Virus record (IMG/VR): IMGVR_UViG_3300019757_000003
Location: 50,271 to 114,270 of that record
DNA: 64,000 nucleotides
Source: a virus
Direction: 5' to 3' (one strand)
Shown here: positions 50,222 through 59,467 of the stretch, piece after piece
Layout of the letters: the number at the start of each line of letters is the position of its first letter
How positions within the stretch are numbered: position 1 is the first letter of the stretch
Program-made: the position numbers and the translations under genes
Notes under the pieces: generated by a model
Databases searched by the model: none
Seen by the model: only the letters and a program-made list of their open reading frames with translations
What the model was told of the DNA's origin: nothing

Positions 50222-51634
50222 TTATGCTACATAGTTGGGATCATTAGTTACTTTATCAAATGATAGCTGACCAGTGTAAGACTTCAAACCTGTGTTGTCT
50301 TTAATTGTATAGTACATTGGTACTGGTGGTGTAGTACCTAAAGCTGTGTATATTACTTTTCTAGTAAATTCATTATACTCCCAAGTCCCATAGTTACTAC
50401 CATCTTCACCTGTGCCTATTGCAGTCTCAGTCTGACCTACACCAAACAAAATACTAGAGAAATCTAACTTATTATCTAGGTCAAATGAAAGAGCTATGTT
50501 AAAGTAATACTCTCCAATACTAGGTAGTTCTCCACTACCATCCAGCTCATACAAAGTAATATTAGCAGCTATAGGAGTAGAGTTATAAGGAACTGAGTTA
50601 TCTCTTACAGACATTCTAATCAACTCATCAACACCCTCTACTGTAGATATAATACTAGGTAGTATAGGTACTTCATGGTCTTGCCCAACAATACTAGAAA
50701 AGTTAAGTAGTGTTGTTAAAGCTTTCTGTCTCTTATCATCATCAAAACCTACAATCTGTCTTGTTAAAACCTCTATCTGTTTATCAGTTTGTTCTCTACT
50801 CTTAGCACTAGTAAGCTCATTATCTGCTTGTTTAGAGTCATTCCTAATAGTACCAGCATACACTTCAGCTTCTTGTGCTACATTAACAGCAATAGTTTGG
50901 AATATAGCATCTTTCTCAGCATCTAGCTTACCATCTCCAGTATCTGCACCTACTACTATATTACCATCACCATCTAGTGTATAGTCGTACCCTAACACTT
51001 TATCTATATTAGCAATACTGTTAGCTTGTTCAGTTGCTGCTTTAGTTTTAGCTATCTCAATATCTTCTTTGACTTTGAGAATTTGGTTCTCTATCATACC
51101 ATCAATCATATTATTCATAGCTTCACTCTCATGCTTCTCTGTTACAAGTGTAGTATTCTGTAGTTCAGTTAAGACTTGTTGAGTCTTTAGCTCTTCTTCA
51201 GTATCTAGCAAAGTTTGTTGTTTGATATTAGTAGTATGTGTATCTGGTAATAAAGTATCTACTTCATATTTGAGTTTGTTATACTGCTCATCAATTACAC
51301 CTAATCCAGTACTATCCCCAAGAATTAGGTTCTCATCAACACCTACAGTTACTTCATAACCCCACTGTTTTTCTACTTCAGCATGGATTTTAATTCTATC
51401 TAGTAGGTTCTTTTGTTGAGTAGCTTCGTACTGTAGAGCAGCGTTAAATGCAGCAGGTATCAAAGCAGTATAAATCTTACCAGCCTCTCCTTGAGTTATC
51501 CTATTATCTTTCTGTTCTGCAATAACATGGGCAAAGCCTATATTAAGCAAATCACCAATTCTGCCACCATTCTCATAGGTAGCTTCACCAACAATCTTAG
51601 CCCAAGTAGGGTCATCTGTAATTGCGTAAGCCAT
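50222..51634 (-). CDS. N4 gp54-like structural protein with C-terminal Ig-like extension
   Basis: G.IGDLL...H...NRITQGEAGKIY; QIVGFDDD; C-terminal YYTIKDNTG. Confidence 0.65.
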   Translation of the reverse strand: MAYAITDDPTWAKIVGEATYENGGRIGDLLNIGFAHVIAEQKDNRITQGEAGKIYTALIPAAFNAALQYEATQQKNLLDRIKIHAEVEKQWGYEVTVGVDENLILGDSTGLGVIDEQYNKLKYEVDTLLPDTHTTNIKQQTLLDTEEELKTQQVLTELQNTTLVTEKHESEAMNNMIDGMIENQILKVKEDIEIAKTKAATEQANSIANIDKVLGYDYTLDGDGNIVVGADTGDGKLDAEKDAIFQTIAVNVAQEAEVYAGTIRNDSKQADNELTSAKSREQTDKQIEVLTRQIVGFDDDKRQKALTTLLNFSSIVGQDHEVPILPSIISTVEGVDELIRMSVRDNSVPYNSTPIAANITLYELDGSGELPSIGEYYFNIALSFDLDNKLDFSSILFGVGQTETAIGTGEDGSNYGTWEYNEFTRKVIYTALGTTPPVPMYYTIKDNTGLKSYTGQLSFDKVTNDPNYVA

Positions 51635-51686
51635 TAAAATCCTTTATAAGTATTAATAAAGCCTTCCTTAGAAGACTCTATAATAA

Positions 51687-52217
51687 TTATGCTTGCTTAC
51701 TGTTACGCATTTTCTGAACATTAGCCAAAGCCTCTAGTTCTTTTTTAGTCATAGGTTCAGCAGGTACAACAACAAATCTCTTCACACGAGTAGACATAAC
51801 ACCACCACCAGGCTTGGGTATATGTTTGACCATATGTGCATCTTGTAAGTTAAGTATAGCTCCACGTCTAATGTATTGGGGTTCCCCACTTAAATCCACC
51901 ATGTCTGTATGCCTACCAATTAACTTATTACCCCAACAAATAGGTTGTAACTCATCTTTAGTTTGAGACTCTTGCATATCTCTAACACTAACCCTATCTT
52001 TTCTCATAGCATCTAGTTTTACCAATTGTGCTTTAGTCTGTCTTTTCTGTTTAACTAGTGGAGCTTTAGCTTTTTCTTGACCAGCTTTAAAAGCATTTAG
52101 TGTAGAAAGTAACTCAGCCTTAGTAGGTTTAGAGCCTTTCATCACGACATCCAACCCATAAGACTCAGCTAGTTCAGCTAGCTCTGGGTTAGTCATATCT
52201 TCAAATAATCTATCCAT
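51687..52217 (-). CDS. N4 gp55-like protein
   Basis: RFVVVPAEPMTKKELEALA; synteny. Confidence 0.7.
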   Translation of the reverse strand: MDRLFEDMTNPELAELAESYGLDVVMKGSKPTKAELLSTLNAFKAGQEKAKAPLVKQKRQTKAQLVKLDAMRKDRVSVRDMQESQTKDELQPICWGNKLIGRHTDMVDLSGEPQYIRRGAILNLQDAHMVKHIPKPGGGVMSTRVKRFVVVPAEPMTKKELEALANVQKMRNSKQA

Positions 52218-52244
52218 TTAATTTGTTCCTTTAATTTTAATAGT

Positions 52245-52270
52245 TACCTACCTCAAAAAAGAGGCAAGTA
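52245..52270 (-). terminator. hairpin downstream of MCP
   Basis: TACTTGCCTC-TTTTTT-GAGGTAGGTA, 10-bp stem with G-U pairs. Confidence 0.6.
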
Positions 52271-52276
52271 TTAAAA

Positions 52277-53647
52277 CTACGCCATTTTAGCTGTAACAGC
52301 TATTTGCATAATTCTCTCAGGTCTGTAGATCAATGAACCATAATACCAAGCAATACTCATAGAACCATTTTTACCGAATGGGTCGATATGTGCATCAGCC
52401 TTAGGCATTGCAGTCTTAATTCTAGCAGAGTCACCCTCAAAACCAACAGTAGCAAATGAATCAGATCCTACGAAGAGAACAGGGAACACATCAAACTTCT
52501 CAGTCCCACCACCAGCAGGTGTAGAAGCATAGTATCCAGTAACATCGCCAGTACCAGCACCAGTATCTGTAGCACCTGCTGCTTTATAACGAAGCATACT
52601 ATTCACTTCAATAAATCTAAATCTACCAATTCTACCAATCTCATCTTCAGCAGTTGGTCCACCAGCAGAGTACTTAGATACATCTTCCCATACTTTGTCA
52701 CCATTAGAATCTTTCATATCCTCAAGACTAGGAGACAGCTCTTCAGGAACAAACACATAAAATGCTTTAGGAATAGGAGTAGTACCAATCTTAGTAGTAC
52801 CAGAGATAATCTTAGTATCACGAGGTACTCTTAATCTCTTAAGCTCTTGTTCCATAGCTCTAAGGTCTTCATAAGTCAACTCACCAGTTTGGTCAAGTGT
52901 AGTCATAGATAGGTGTGCTCCACCAAATGTACGATTAAGTTCAGAAGCAGCAAGTAAGTCAGCCTCAATCTGTTTCTCGTAAACATCACCCTTTAACTCA
53001 CCAAGTGCTTTAGACTTTTGTGCAAGAATACCTGTACGAGAGTCCATATCAATAGAACGCTGTGTAAACTTCAAGTGATGACCAAATTCATCAACTTTAC
53101 CACGCACAGTGATAGACTTAGTATTTACACCATTTACATTACCACCTTCTTCAGAAAGAGAAGGGAAAGTACCTGCAATAACAGAAATATCTGAATCACC
53201 CATATAAAGTGAACCAGCACCATTCTGTACTTTACCTCCAGCAGCAGCAGCAGTAGCAGCAGCTTCAGCTAATACAGCACCAGCTCTAAGTTCAGCCTCA
53301 GTAGCAGTAGTACCAGCAATAGTAGTATAATCTTTAGTATCAAACGTCCCTACTAGAGCCCCAGTAGTGTCATAAGCATAAAAAGTGTTTAATACTAATG
53401 TAGCCGTAGTAGCATCAATACCACCATCAAGTCTGTTAAGTTCATGCCAGATTGGGAGTTGTCTCTCTTTAACAATCTCATCACCCCAATGTTTAGGCTG
53501 AGTTAGCCTATCCCCAAGTTGTGTAAATGTACGTTTACGCATTGCTTCACGTTTAGCACCCTTGGACCAAAACGGGTCATTATACTGTTCATCAATACCT
53601 GTCGAATTAAACTTTCCTCCGTTAAAGAGGTCTTTAGTTGTTGCCAT
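52277..53647 (-). CDS. major capsid protein, N4 gp56 family
   Basis: QPKHWGDEI, GIDA, LSEEGGNVN, EIGRIGRFRFI, DPFGKNG.MSIAWYYG.L..RPER. Confidence 0.93.
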   Translation of the reverse strand: MATTKDLFNGGKFNSTGIDEQYNDPFWSKGAKREAMRKRTFTQLGDRLTQPKHWGDEIVKERQLPIWHELNRLDGGIDATTATLVLNTFYAYDTTGALVGTFDTKDYTTIAGTTATEAELRAGAVLAEAAATAAAAGGKVQNGAGSLYMGDSDISVIAGTFPSLSEEGGNVNGVNTKSITVRGKVDEFGHHLKFTQRSIDMDSRTGILAQKSKALGELKGDVYEKQIEADLLAASELNRTFGGAHLSMTTLDQTGELTYEDLRAMEQELKRLRVPRDTKIISGTTKIGTTPIPKAFYVFVPEELSPSLEDMKDSNGDKVWEDVSKYSAGGPTAEDEIGRIGRFRFIEVNSMLRYKAAGATDTGAGTGDVTGYYASTPAGGGTEKFDVFPVLFVGSDSFATVGFEGDSARIKTAMPKADAHIDPFGKNGSMSIAWYYGSLIYRPERIMQIAVTAKMA

Positions 53648-53697
53648 ATTATTTTTCCTTTATTTAATGTAGATACAAGGTAGTAAGTTAGATCTCC

Positions 53698-54894
53698 CTA
53701 ACCTCTACCACCAGATATTAAGAACTCCATATGCTTATCTAAATCCTCACCTTCAAGATCCATAGGATTGATGGTTTTACTTTTAGGTGCAGATGTAGCT
53801 CTCTTCTTACTTACAGAACTTGCTTTTTTCCTACTTGCTGCTGCTTGTTCCTCCTTTAACTCTTTTCTAATTTGTTCTCTCAAAGTAGCCTCATCCATTT
53901 GTGGAGCAGGAATTAGAGGAGCTACTGCAGATTCAGGTTGAACTGCTGGAGCAGATTCTTTAGGTAAACTACCCCAAGCTGTTTCATACCTATTGATGAA
54001 AGGTTGAGACCTAAACTCTGGACTATCAGCAGAAATTCTATTCATTTCTTGCATAACTTTATCATAAGTGCCATTCTGCATATGCTTATGCAAGTCAGAT
54101 CTTACAGCAGGACTTTTGCTAAATCTATCAAAACTAACATCATCATCTAGTATAGTAGAAACTAAACTATTAAACTTATCTCCATACCCACCAACTTCAG
54201 CTTGTTTTAGCGTATCCTCTAAATCAAGAGAGACTTGAGTTTTAAGAACAGTTTTAGGTTCATATTTAACTTCCTCGAGATCCATCTCCATAGGGTCTAT
54301 ACTAAGGTCTTTTAAATGTTTTTTAATAGCTTCTTGATCTCCGTTAACTAAATCTAAAGCTAATTTAAACTTATCAGGGTTATCAAATAATCCATTTTCT
54401 TTCATAGCTGCTATATATGGAGCATTTTGTTTCTCTTTATCAGCTTTAACAGAAGCACTTCTAGCTGTATTGATAGCTTCTATAATCTTCTGAGGACTAT
54501 CAGGAGCTGAAACTTTCTGACCATTGAAAGAGTAATCACCATTATTGATAGCTTCATAATAAGCTTTGTAATCAATTTCATCTGTAACTGGTTCTGCAAC
54601 TTCCTCAACTGTAGGTTCATTGGCAGATTCTAAATCCTCGTCAACATCTTCTTCAGTATCAACAGACTCATCTTCCTCTTCAGCAGATTCGGTATCCTCA
54701 GCTTCTTCCTCTTCATTTTCTTCTTCTGAATCTTCTAGATCTGTAGTCTCAGTAACATCTTCTACTTCTGAATCTTCTACATCTTCTATAGGATCTTCTT
54801 CTTCTATAGTTTCAGGTTCTTTTGGTTCCCAAGTACCATTAGCCATAGCCTCAAATTCGGCTAATTCTGCATCGAGTTCTAATTCATCATCCAT
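53698..54894 (-). CDS. N4 gp57-like scaffold/head assembly protein
   Basis: Very acidic N-terminus; DYKAYY, NPDK..L..GDQEAIKK; upstream of MCP. Confidence 0.75.
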   Translation of the reverse strand: MDDELELDAELAEFEAMANGTWEPKEPETIEEEDPIEDVEDSEVEDVTETTDLEDSEEENEEEEAEDTESAEEEDESVDTEEDVDEDLESANEPTVEEVAEPVTDEIDYKAYYEAINNGDYSFNGQKVSAPDSPQKIIEAINTARSASVKADKEKQNAPYIAAMKENGLFDNPDKFKLALDLVNGDQEAIKKHLKDLSIDPMEMDLEEVKYEPKTVLKTQVSLDLEDTLKQAEVGGYGDKFNSLVSTILDDDVSFDRFSKSPAVRSDLHKHMQNGTYDKVMQEMNRISADSPEFRSQPFINRYETAWGSLPKESAPAVQPESAVAPLIPAPQMDEATLREQIRKELKEEQAAASRKKASSVSKKRATSAPKSKTINPMDLEGEDLDKHMEFLISGGRG

Positions 54895-54918
54895 CTTTAT
54901 CCTTTATATATTATTGTA

Positions 54919-54949
54919 AGTATACCATAAAATTTTAAATTATACTTAA
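54919..54949 (-). promoter_or_regulatory. promoter for the scaffold/MCP operon
   Basis: TTAAGTATA...TGGTATACT. Confidence 0.6.
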
Positions 54950-55305
54950 GCTTCTCTCATTTCTTCTAAAATTACATCTTTATTATCTATATCCTCTTTA
55001 GCACGAGCACCATTGGATTCTATAAAACCACCTGTACCAAAGTATACATTAAATAATCTGATAAGATCTAGTTTTCTCATAACATCATCTTTATCTTCTC
55101 TGTCTACCAAACTAATATTAGGATTAACAAGTTGTTCAAGTAAACTCTCTGACTGCTCCTTAATAAAGATTTGGTCAAACACTAGTTTATAAGCTTCAGT
55201 TGCTTTAAGAGTTTCTAAAGCTTTAGCTATCTCTAAGTGTCGTTCTTGTACTTTAATGTACGCATTAAACTCTTCAACTTGTAAATCAATCTCTGTCTTA
55301 CCCAA
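54946..55305 (-). CDS. N4 gp58-like protein
   Basis: ALETLK...YKLVF...F; synteny with the portal. Confidence 0.65.
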   Translation of the reverse strand: MGKTEIDLQVEEFNAYIKVQERHLEIAKALETLKATEAYKLVFDQIFIKEQSESLLEQLVNPNISLVDREDKDDVMRKLDLIRLFNVYFGTGGFIESNGARAKEDIDNKDVILEEMREA

Positions 55306-55531
55306 AATTAACTCCTTGTGGTATTTGTGGTTGTACTAAACCTTGATCAGGTATTAAACCAATAGGTTGTTGAGGTTGAGACATAGCTAGTTGTTGTCTC
55401 ATCATCTCCTTTTGCATATCTTCTTGGGCATACTGTTGTTGTTTCTCGATACCAGCTCTACCAAACTTAAGCTTAGCACTAGCTAAGAGTGGATTAGGCT
55501 CTGCTATAAAAGGGTTTTGTATTGGTTCCAT
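55298..55531 (-). CDS. Q/P-rich hypothetical protein
   Basis: GGAG SD; lies between portal and gp58-like gene. Confidence 0.55.
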   Translation of the reverse strand: MEPIQNPFIAEPNPLLASAKLKFGRAGIEKQQQYAQEDMQKEMMRQQLAMSQPQQPIGLIPDQGLVQPQIPQGVNFG

Positions 55532-55539
55532 AATATCTC

Positions 55540-57687
55540 CTATACTACTATTCTGACAGCTTTTTCAATGTCATTCATTTTAGAGTGTTCCATCTCTCTC
55601 TCTTTATATATAGCATCTAACTCTCTATCTTCAATCTCTTCTTCTCTTTTCCTACCAGAGTCAGTATCAATATAAACTTGTGTAGCTATATCAGTCTCTA
55701 TATCCATTTTCTTAGCAGCAGCTTCAGATTTTCTAGCTTCAGCTTGTTTCTTAGCTATATCAGCTTCTAAGTTTTCATCAACTCTTGACATACGTTCAAA
55801 TATCATACTATCTTCAGCTTCTATCTGTTTAGCTATAAGACCGTTCTTCAACTCTTGTTCTTGTATTTGTAAATCTATCATTCTTTCTTGTCTAGGATCT
55901 GGTGGAGGTGGTTGTTGGTCTCTTATAGCTTGAGCTTCTTCAGGCATCTTCCATAACTCTAACATCTTAACATACATCATCTCTACTGTCTCAGGTTTCT
56001 GGGAAGCAGCATTGGTTTGCATAAGAGTCATAATCCTATTAGCCTGTTCTTCATCTTTCTCAGGAGTAGATATTTCTACATTAAAATCAAATCTACCCTC
56101 TAAGTCATCTCTAGCAATAGTTACAAACTGATCTCCAGTAGCCCTAACAATCTCAGTCTCAGATAAGTACACTTGGTTCATAGATATAGTCATTCTAGCC
56201 ATATCCTCAAACATAGCTCCAAGTCTCCTAAGAACACTTAACTTACGTTGAGCAGTAGCATCCATAGAACTCTTCTGTTGAGTACCACCACCAAGCTTAG
56301 GGTTACTTTGAGATCCAGCAAATGCTATACTACCACTTAACTCAGCAGCCTTCTTCTCTTCTCTTGCTATAACATCAAACTGAGTAGAACCCAGAGGTTG
56401 TACATCATTCTTCCATATGGCATCTTTAGGGTGCATATTCCCAGAGTAGTAAGTAGTATTGCCTTTCTCCATAGCGTTCTTAGCAGATGGTTTTAAGAAG
56501 CTTTCATGGATAAACTTTTGACCAACAGCATCTTCAGCAGTCTTATCGTCAATAGCTCTGCCCATTCTACCAATTCTAGCTTGACTTTGCTTAAGAAGTT
56601 CACCATCAGGTTCTCCGTGGTAACTGCCTTTTCTAGGCATATAAGCAGCAGTACTGAAAGGTATTCTTCCATGAGGGAAGGGATTCTCCTCTAATCTAAC
56701 TAATGTATTATTTATCCAAGTAGCTACAATACTTACTAACACTCCATCACCTTGAATATCCCAATAACCCCAATATTCATAAGCTCGAAGCCTTTTACGA
56801 GCAGGATCATCAAACTTAAAGTTATTAGACTCATCAGACTTAAATTGATCATAAATATCATCACCATCGTCACCATTCTTAAACACGTCAATATTATGAT
56901 AATAACCAGACTCTTCTCCAGTCTCTTTATCCTTTGTGTATTTATACTCTAGTAACTCAGCATAGTTAGTATTGAATTCGTAGATAGCGAACTGTGCATC
57001 CTCTACAACCCCATCGCAAGTAGGGTCAATAGTAATATTAGCATTATTACATACTTCATACGTAGGTTGGTTCTTTATCAAAGTAGGTTCTTCTACATAA
57101 ACAATTTCAGTACCTATTTGAACAGGTTGATCAGTCTCCATTGATTGTTGAGCTTGTTCAGGAGGAATTTGACCTTGTTGTACCATCTCGAGGAGCTGTT
57201 CAGGAGTAGCAAATACAGGTTGTTCTTTCTCTACTTCCTTGACACCTTCTATAGACTCCCAACCTGTTTTAACAACTACTGTACCTTCTTCAGTGAGAAC
57301 CTCAACAATATCATCAACAAGTTTAACCTTATTAATTTTATTACTCCATTGGTTGTTTATAACCAAAGAGTTTTGGGTAGCCCCTAGAACATCTTCACTG
57401 CCAATAGGTGAGATTTTGAACATATTTTTAGTACTTAGTATAGCCTCAGATAAAGCTGGTTTAGTCCATTCAACATGCTCACGAACTAATAGAGATACAG
57501 CAGTACTCTTTCCTTGACGGACTTTAGGTACAACTCCACCCTTCATATTAGTTCTGTACTCTCTAAGTTTAGCCCTATAGTCTTCCTGTCCATTTAAAGC
57601 AGAAGCATAATCATTGTATAAATCTCCTCTGGTAGGAGCATTAGCCCACTTAGGTTGTAATTTACTTACAGCGACTGGTTCAATCAT
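55540..57687 (-). CDS. portal protein, N4 gp59-like
   Basis: WANAPT..DL, EGTVVVKTGW, AYEYWGYWDI.GDG, RLEENPFP, GEPDGELL. Confidence 0.92.
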   Translation of the reverse strand: MIEPVAVSKLQPKWANAPTRGDLYNDYASALNGQEDYRAKLREYRTNMKGGVVPKVRQGKSTAVSLLVREHVEWTKPALSEAILSTKNMFKISPIGSEDVLGATQNSLVINNQWSNKINKVKLVDDIVEVLTEEGTVVVKTGWESIEGVKEVEKEQPVFATPEQLLEMVQQGQIPPEQAQQSMETDQPVQIGTEIVYVEEPTLIKNQPTYEVCNNANITIDPTCDGVVEDAQFAIYEFNTNYAELLEYKYTKDKETGEESGYYHNIDVFKNGDDGDDIYDQFKSDESNNFKFDDPARKRLRAYEYWGYWDIQGDGVLVSIVATWINNTLVRLEENPFPHGRIPFSTAAYMPRKGSYHGEPDGELLKQSQARIGRMGRAIDDKTAEDAVGQKFIHESFLKPSAKNAMEKGNTTYYSGNMHPKDAIWKNDVQPLGSTQFDVIAREEKKAAELSGSIAFAGSQSNPKLGGGTQQKSSMDATAQRKLSVLRRLGAMFEDMARMTISMNQVYLSETEIVRATGDQFVTIARDDLEGRFDFNVEISTPEKDEEQANRIMTLMQTNAASQKPETVEMMYVKMLELWKMPEEAQAIRDQQPPPPDPRQERMIDLQIQEQELKNGLIAKQIEAEDSMIFERMSRVDENLEADIAKKQAEARKSEAAAKKMDIETDIATQVYIDTDSGRKREEEIEDRELDAIYKEREMEHSKMNDIEKAVRIVV

Positions 57688-58181
57688 TTAGTAACATCTT
57701 CTCGTAGTTTATCCATATCCATACAAGGACAAGCTTTATGAACACCTTTTATCTCTTTATGTCCAACAATATTTGAAATCTTAACGTTATACAAGTCTTT
57801 TAATGTTTTTAATGTTGTTACTAAAGTTTCTCTTTGTTTAGTAGATAGTCCATCTTCAACTACATCTAAATTAGAATCTAGTCCACCACTGTAAGCTATA
57901 CCGATAGAACCATTGTTCTTACCTTTAGCATGAGCTCCAATGTTATCTGCCCATCTACCTTTTTCAAGAGTACCATCTTCTTTAACTAAGTAGTGATAAC
58001 CTATACCACTAGTTCTACCCCATCTTGCTAAGTGCATCTTATCAATATCATTAGCATCAACATCTCTACCAAAAGGTGTAGCAGTACAATGTACTATGAT
58101 AGTATCTACAAATCTACTAGTATGGTACAAGTCGGTGGGGTCTAAAACTCTACCTACAGAACTAAACTTCTTGTCTCTCAT
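57684..58181 (-). CDS. endolysin, N-acetylmuramoyl-L-alanine amidase (Amidase_2)
   Basis: IIVHCTAT, IGYHY, GAHAKG, GHKE, KACPC. Confidence 0.93.
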   Translation of the reverse strand: MRDKKFSSVGRVLDPTDLYHTSRFVDTIIVHCTATPFGRDVDANDIDKMHLARWGRTSGIGYHYLVKEDGTLEKGRWADNIGAHAKGKNNGSIGIAYSGGLDSNLDVVEDGLSTKQRETLVTTLKTLKDLYNVKISNIVGHKEIKGVHKACPCMDMDKLREDVTK

Positions 58182-58317
58182 CTTTTAATCCTTTGATTAG
58201 TGTTACTTGGTCTTTATAAGCTTTTAGAGCTTTCTCTAATTTGGCTATGTATTTGTCTTTTTTCTTACTTTGTTTAACCATCTTTTCTAATGTCTTAGCA
58301 TCTATCTCAACTAACAT
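58162..58317 (-). CDS. 51-aa coiled-coil protein in the lysis cassette, absent from the track
   Basis: MLVEIDAKTLEKMVKQSKKKDKYIAKLEKALKAYKDQVTLIKGLKDERQEV. Confidence 0.55.
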   Translation of the reverse strand: MLVEIDAKTLEKMVKQSKKKDKYIAKLEKALKAYKDQVTLIKGLKDERQEV

Positions 58318-58477
58318 TGTATTCTACCTTTATTTTGGGAAAATCTTCCTTAGGTACATCATAATAATATACCTCTGGAAGAGGAGATGTTATATACACA
58401 TCCTTGACTTGTTGCGTACAGTTAGTAAACAATAGTATGCTTACCAACACTAGTATTAAGCTCAAACTCTTTCTCAT
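58307..58477 (-). CDS. o-spanin-like lipoprotein, absent from the track
   Basis: MRKSLSLILVLVSILLFTN-C lipobox; Pro-containing mature part; overlaps the i-spanin 3' end. Confidence 0.65.
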   Translation of the reverse strand: MRKSLSLILVLVSILLFTNCTQQVKDVYITSPLPEVYYYDVPKEDFPKIKVEYNVS

Positions 58478-58733
58478 CACTTAAATTCTCCTCTATACTA
58501 TACTTTTCGTAGACCTTATACAAGTCTTTATCTAATCTCCTAATCTCAGACTTACTCTGAGCACCTTTAGCTTCTATAACCTCAATCTTACCACTACTAA
58601 CCTTTAAATCAGCTTCTAGTGAATCTACATAACTAAAATGAGAGTAGAGCTTAATAGCACCAACGAACACTACTGTGTATACAACAGTGAAGATTGATAC
58701 AAACACAATGTTATTTCGTAGACTTGTTAGCAT
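58422..58733 (-). CDS. i-spanin-like protein
   Basis: N-terminal TM followed by coiled coil. Confidence 0.6.
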   Translation of the reverse strand: MLTSLRNNIVFVSIFTVVYTVVFVGAIKLYSHFSYVDSLEADLKVSSGKIEVIEAKGAQSKSEIRRLDKDLYKVYEKYSIEENLSDEKEFELNTSVGKHTIVY

Positions 58734-59046
58734 CGTACATCCTTTCAACACAGTCTTCAAATTTATTGGTAGTATCTTCCAATTTCACAGTAACTGCTTT
58801 TATTTCGTCAAAGCAGTTCTGTTTCTCTTGTTGGGTGATCTTTTCTCTCTCTTCTAATTTAGATATTCGAGTTTGATTATCTTTATGTCTACCCTCTATT
58901 ATAGACTCTTTATCTTTAGTTTGGTGGCGTAGCATGTACCAACCACCAATAGCACCAGCAAAGATGAGTACTTTAACAAAAGCTTCATCACCTAACCCTG
59001 CTATAGTAGTAACAATATCTACAACAGTTGAAGTCTCATCTGGCAT
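58711..59046 (-). CDS. putative holin
   Basis: Single TM (VLIFAGAIGGWYML) and charged tail; first gene of the lysis cassette. Confidence 0.5.
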   Translation of the reverse strand: MPDETSTVVDIVTTIAGLGDEAFVKVLIFAGAIGGWYMLRHQTKDKESIIEGRHKDNQTRISKLEEREKITQQEKQNCFDEIKAVTVKLEDTTNKFEDCVERMYDANKSTK

Positions 59047-59071
59047 AGTTTAATCCTTTCCTTTTTATAGA

Positions 59072-59091
59072 ATTATACCATCCTAAACTTA
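59072..59091 (-). promoter_or_regulatory. promoter for the lysis/portal operon
   Basis: TAAGT...TGGTATAAT. Confidence 0.6.
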
Positions 59092-59102
59092 GAAGGTATA
59101 AC

Positions 59103-59453
59103 CTAGTCTTTTTTATTGATAGTATCCCTAGCTTCTTGTCTTTTAGCTTTTAACTTATCTGCCTCTTCTGTAGATAGTTGTGCATATTTATCAATTGTGA
59201 AATAAAAATCTGTATCTTTTAGATACTTTAAAGCTTCATTTTGAGCTTTGCATAACTCTTGTTTAGCTATCTCTTCAGCTGTAAACATAGGTTCAATAAC
59301 TCCACCCTTAGCTAGATACTCATCTACAATATCTGTATATTGTCTGCGAACATTATCTGTTAAGCTAGACTGTCCTCTACTACCATCATCGAACTCTATA
59401 GAGACCCAATTAAGAGCCTCATCTGTGTATTTTAGTTTTGTTATTTGTTTCAT
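59103..59453 (-). CDS. tail fibre assembly chaperone-like protein
   Basis: YLAKGGVIEP, EALKYLKDTDFY..KRQEAR; follows the fibre gene. Confidence 0.65.
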   Translation of the reverse strand: MKQITKLKYTDEALNWVSIEFDDGSRGQSSLTDNVRRQYTDIVDEYLAKGGVIEPMFTAEEIAKQELCKAQNEALKYLKDTDFYFTIDKYAQLSTEEADKLKAKRQEARDTINKKD

Positions 59454-59467
59454 TTATGTCTCCCCTT

